From positions 160,001 to 224,000 of the forward strand of contig CAVTET010000003.1 of the NCBI GenBank assembly GCA_963733675.1: a stretch of DNA of 64,000 nucleotides, read 5' to 3'. The position numbers and the translations under genes were made by a program. Shown in pieces: positions 60,575-64,000 of this stretch; position 1 is the first letter of the stretch, and every line of letters starts with the position of its first letter. The DNA is from an uncultured Methanosarcinaceae archaeon. Its GTDB lineage: Archaea; Halobacteriota; Methanosarcinia; Methanosarcinales; Methanosarcinaceae. The notes beneath the pieces were generated by a model. That model searched no databases. It saw only the letters and a program-made list of their open reading frames with translations, and had not been told where the DNA came from.

Positions 60575-61429
60575 GGTTCCGTTGCAAAAACTTCAACAAA
60601 ATATGTAAATCTATAAGTGATTAATAAAAATCAAAACATTCAAGGAAAATGTACTAACATTATAAAACTATACCAAATAATTGATTAATGTATTTGACTT
60701 CATTAAGAACAGAGTAATTTAGATCGATTACTTGTCCTTTTTTGATCATATTTATAGCTTCAATTCCTTTTAAAGTCTTATTAGCAGATCGAAAAGACTG
60801 AAATCCTAACATTGGATTAACGATTCTCTTTATAGATCTGTGATCTTGTTCTATAATGTTATTCAAATACTTGATTTGTCGAATGCCTACGTTTTTAGGT
60901 AGTATTTTATCAATTTTTAGTTTATCTATAGCAGGTGGATAAGCTGGATTCTTATCAACGGTTATTAATCTTGGAATTTGATTATGATTAGAACTTAAAG
61001 CTTTCTTAAAGAATCTCTTCGCTGCCTTTCTATCTCGTTTTGAACTTAACATGAAATCAATTGTATCTCCATTTGAGTCAACTGCTCGGTAAAAATATTT
61101 CCATTTACCTTTTACTTTGATATAGGTTTCATCAACTCTCCACGAATCATTTGTTGGTCTTAAATGTCTTCTTATCTTCTTTTCTATTTCAGGGGAATAT
61201 TGATGTACCCATCTCATGATTGTTGTATGGTCGACTTTTACTCCCCTTTCTGCCATCATTTCCTTTAAATTTCTATAACTTAATGCATATTTTAAGTACC
61301 ATCTTACATTCAATAAGATAATTTCTCCTTCATAATGCTTCCATTTAAAGGAATTAGATAGCATGTTACTATCTTTGGTTTTCTTTTTATTCTATTGTAT
61401 CATTAGAAAGGATTTTTTGCAACGGAACC
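60575..61429 (-). mobile_element. IS6-family element with intact transposase (60660-61364)
   Basis: TIRs and DDE motifs as in the other copies. Confidence 0.95.
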
Positions 61430-61620
61430 CCTCTCTTTCTATCATCATTTCCTTTAAATTTCTATAGCTTAATGGATATTTTAAGATACCATCTTACGTT
61501 TAATAGGACAATTTCTCCTTCATAATGCTTCCATTTAAAGGAATTAGATAGCATATTATCGTTCTATTGATTTTCTCGTTATTCAATTGAATCCTTATTA
61601 TGAATTTTTGCAACAGAACC
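61430..61620 (-). mobile_element. 5' end of an older IS6 copy cut by the adjacent IS6
   Basis: TIR TTTTTGCAACAGAACC and MLSNSFKWKHYEGEIVLLNVRW start at 61554. Confidence 0.85.
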
Positions 61621-61735
61621 TGATAAGTTGTGTGCTAAGAAGGAAACCACATGTATATGATATATTTTAAAGTTAATAATAAAAAGATATTGGCTTTCTA
61701 AAATTTAATACCTATGCAGATATATTTAAAAGTAC

Positions 61736-62677
61736 TTAAATATATCCGCACTTCTCAAGCCATGTGAGAGACTTTATCCATTCTCCTTTTGGCTCCCTTG
61801 AAGTGCCTACTACAAGCCGTTTCATATTCCCAACTTCTTCAACGACGCCGCTTGCTTCAATAATTTCTGTAGGAATAGCTTGGCCAGCATATGTATGGGT
61901 ATAGGAAATCACATGGTCGATTTCAGTGTGTCTGATCTTATAATAAGCTGGGCTGTCGAAAGCAAAGTCAGCGTTTGTTACCTCGGCTTCAATTTTCATT
62001 TTTACTGTATCCTTCCCGCGGAGAAGAGGTTCATTAATCTGATTCCACTCTCTCACAAAAAGTAGATCGAAGTAAGTGCCTTCAATCATTCCACGGTTTC
62101 CTTTTCTGAATTCATGCAGCATGAATTCATCGAATGAAATATCCGGAATCCTCTTCCTGTAGATCCTTTGCCACATCTCCTCATCGAGTTCTTCAATTGA
62201 GCCTTCCTGCTTTTTTGCAATTGTTATGATATCCCTTGCCCTGAACCATAACGGTCCGTAGACGACAAAATCGATATCCGAACTTTCATTTTGTAGGCCC
62301 AAGAGCATTGAACCCGTAACTCCCATACTTGTTCTGGGAATTCCAGACATGTCAAACACCTTTACAATCTCCCTAACTCGACTGTCGGAGTTTATAAGTT
62401 TAGGAATTATGTTCTGAGGACGAAATACTGTTTTTACCTCGGGTTCTGGAACTACATGAACATCCTGCACCCATTCAGGTCTATACTTTCTCATAAATTC
62501 AAAAGCCGGACCAAAATCATATTTTCTGTATCTTTTTCCATTTAATTCCCGTTCTCCATTTTCGTCCGGAATATAACGAAGTATGGATCTTATTCCATCC
62601 TTACAGAAGTAATCGGAAACAGAAAAAAACCAGTCATCTTTTGTGATAAGAAAATCCCTCAAGCGTGTTTTAATCAT
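61736..62677 (-). CDS. Archaeal nucleotidyltransferase-domain protein (COG1665-like)
   Basis: GVTGSMLLG...SSDIDFVVYG pol-beta-type motif; intact 313 aa. Confidence 0.85.
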   Translation of the reverse strand: MIKTRLRDFLITKDDWFFSVSDYFCKDGIRSILRYIPDENGERELNGKRYRKYDFGPAFEFMRKYRPEWVQDVHVVPEPEVKTVFRPQNIIPKLINSDSRVREIVKVFDMSGIPRTSMGVTGSMLLGLQNESSDIDFVVYGPLWFRARDIITIAKKQEGSIEELDEEMWQRIYRKRIPDISFDEFMLHEFRKGNRGMIEGTYFDLLFVREWNQINEPLLRGKDTVKMKIEAEVTNADFAFDSPAYYKIRHTEIDHVISYTHTYAGQAIPTEIIEASGVVEEVGNMKRLVVGTSREPKGEWIKSLTWLEKCGYI

Positions 62678-63229
62678 TCATACCCTTCCAGAAACTTAAA
62701 AGTATATCCCATATTTTTGAGAGTACTAAGTATGGATTTTTATAAATATTGTAATAAATAACGAAAAATATATTGCATTATTAATGTATATGATTCTCTG
62801 ATCATATTTTTTTGACAGATGATACATACATAGAGTGAAACATAGATTGAGAAATAATATGAGTTTGTCAAATTTACCTTCTGCAGCAAGAGAGTGACTA
62901 ATTTTATATGTATAAATTTATTTTAATGAAGCAGATAACAGGAACTTTTTTACCGAATCAAACATTTTCTCTGTAAGAAAATATTTTCTGAAACTCATTT
63001 ATTGTATTACTTAGAAAATACTGAGGGTCACAAATAACAGTCCTTTATTTAGGGGATGAAGTGAGCCCTCAAATCCTTTGTTTTCTTTCACAACTCTAAA
63101 TAATCGTTTATTCATCAGATAAGTAGTTTTTGAACCATTCTCAGAAGTCGTGCTATCCACTTCTAACAGAGATGTGATACGCATTGGAATTAAATAGCTT
63201 TAGCAAAGGCTATAATAAATTCACATATC

Positions 63230-63780
63230 AAATATTGTTGATACTTAAGTATCGACACAATATAGAGCCGATTTACCTCTAATATTTTTCCGCGTGGGAA
63301 TCCTATCCAAATCTTTCTCATTGATTCTTGTATTTGACAGATTTTTTTCTTTTATGGTTCAATATCCTTTGATTTTTATGATATATTCCTATATCCTTAA
63401 AATATTCCTTTTACTTTCAATGTCATCATTTGATAGAAACTATAGCAAAGCGCTGTACACAACATCTTTAGATTCGCTTTTTTTACATTAGTGACAAGAA
63501 ATTTTACTGCTCTAACATCCTTTTTGTTGCTGCATAAACTATCATAGATAGCTTTTTCGTACTGATTCTCTTGCTTCTTAATGTACCACTCATTGTTATA
63601 AGATGTTCTTTTACCAATCTTTTAATTGTTACATTATAGCCTTTTGATTTTACTCCAAGTATCCTCAGTCTATGTAAGCCACTACATTTTTTCTGATAAA
63701 TAATCTACCAGAGAGTAACGTAGTTATGAAGCTGTTATTTTAAATACTCTGATCACTTCATAATCTCTGTATATTATTTT
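63230..63780 (-). mobile_element. IS5-family relic (3' part)
   Basis: Aligns with about 7380-7770 (gctgtacacaacatctttagattc, ccttttgatttt.ctccaa). Confidence 0.7.
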
Positions 63781-64000
63781 TCGTGTGAACTATTGAAGAA
63801 AAATTATAATTGAATAATAACAATCATTCTGAAATACAGCAAATATAAACTACTGAACTAACCTTTAAGCTTTTATAAATTAAAAAAGTATATATTGTAT
63901 TCACCAGAATCTTCTTTCTGGTAAATATATACCAACAAATTTCAAAAATACCTTAAATCTATGAGCATCAAGTCCAGGTGCATAATATGAAAAATTTTCT

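Overview
AT-rich archaeal chromosome segment, almost certainly Methanosarcina or a close relative (HdrB, HacB/LeuD, DUF2180, DUF1847, DUF5350, D-aminoacyl-tRNA deacylase, Methanosarcina-type IS elements). About 25 intact genes (queE, queD, hacB, leuD, leuB, M42 peptidase, hdrB, radical SAM, aldehyde dehydrogenase, thiM, thiE, glnA, dtdA and others) lie among many pseudogenes, IS6/IS5/IS110/IS200 elements or relics and at least six short dispersed repeat (MITE-like) families, so the region looks heavily eroded. The most notable signals are: (1) a family of small secreted-peptide genes with a conserved leader and unrelated low-complexity cores (His/Trp-rich, Cys/His-rich, CxC-rich, G-x-G-N-x pentapeptide), mostly missed by the ORF track; (2) a ~90 bp IS5-related MITE present five times, always co-oriented with the downstream gene, two copies of which adjoin near-perfect 53-55 bp inverted duplications; (3) an intact hdrB whose hdrC partner was destroyed by IS110. 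No rRNA, tRNA or CRISPR array was recognised. Family assignments come from motif recognition by eye, not database searches, and boundaries of relics are approximate.
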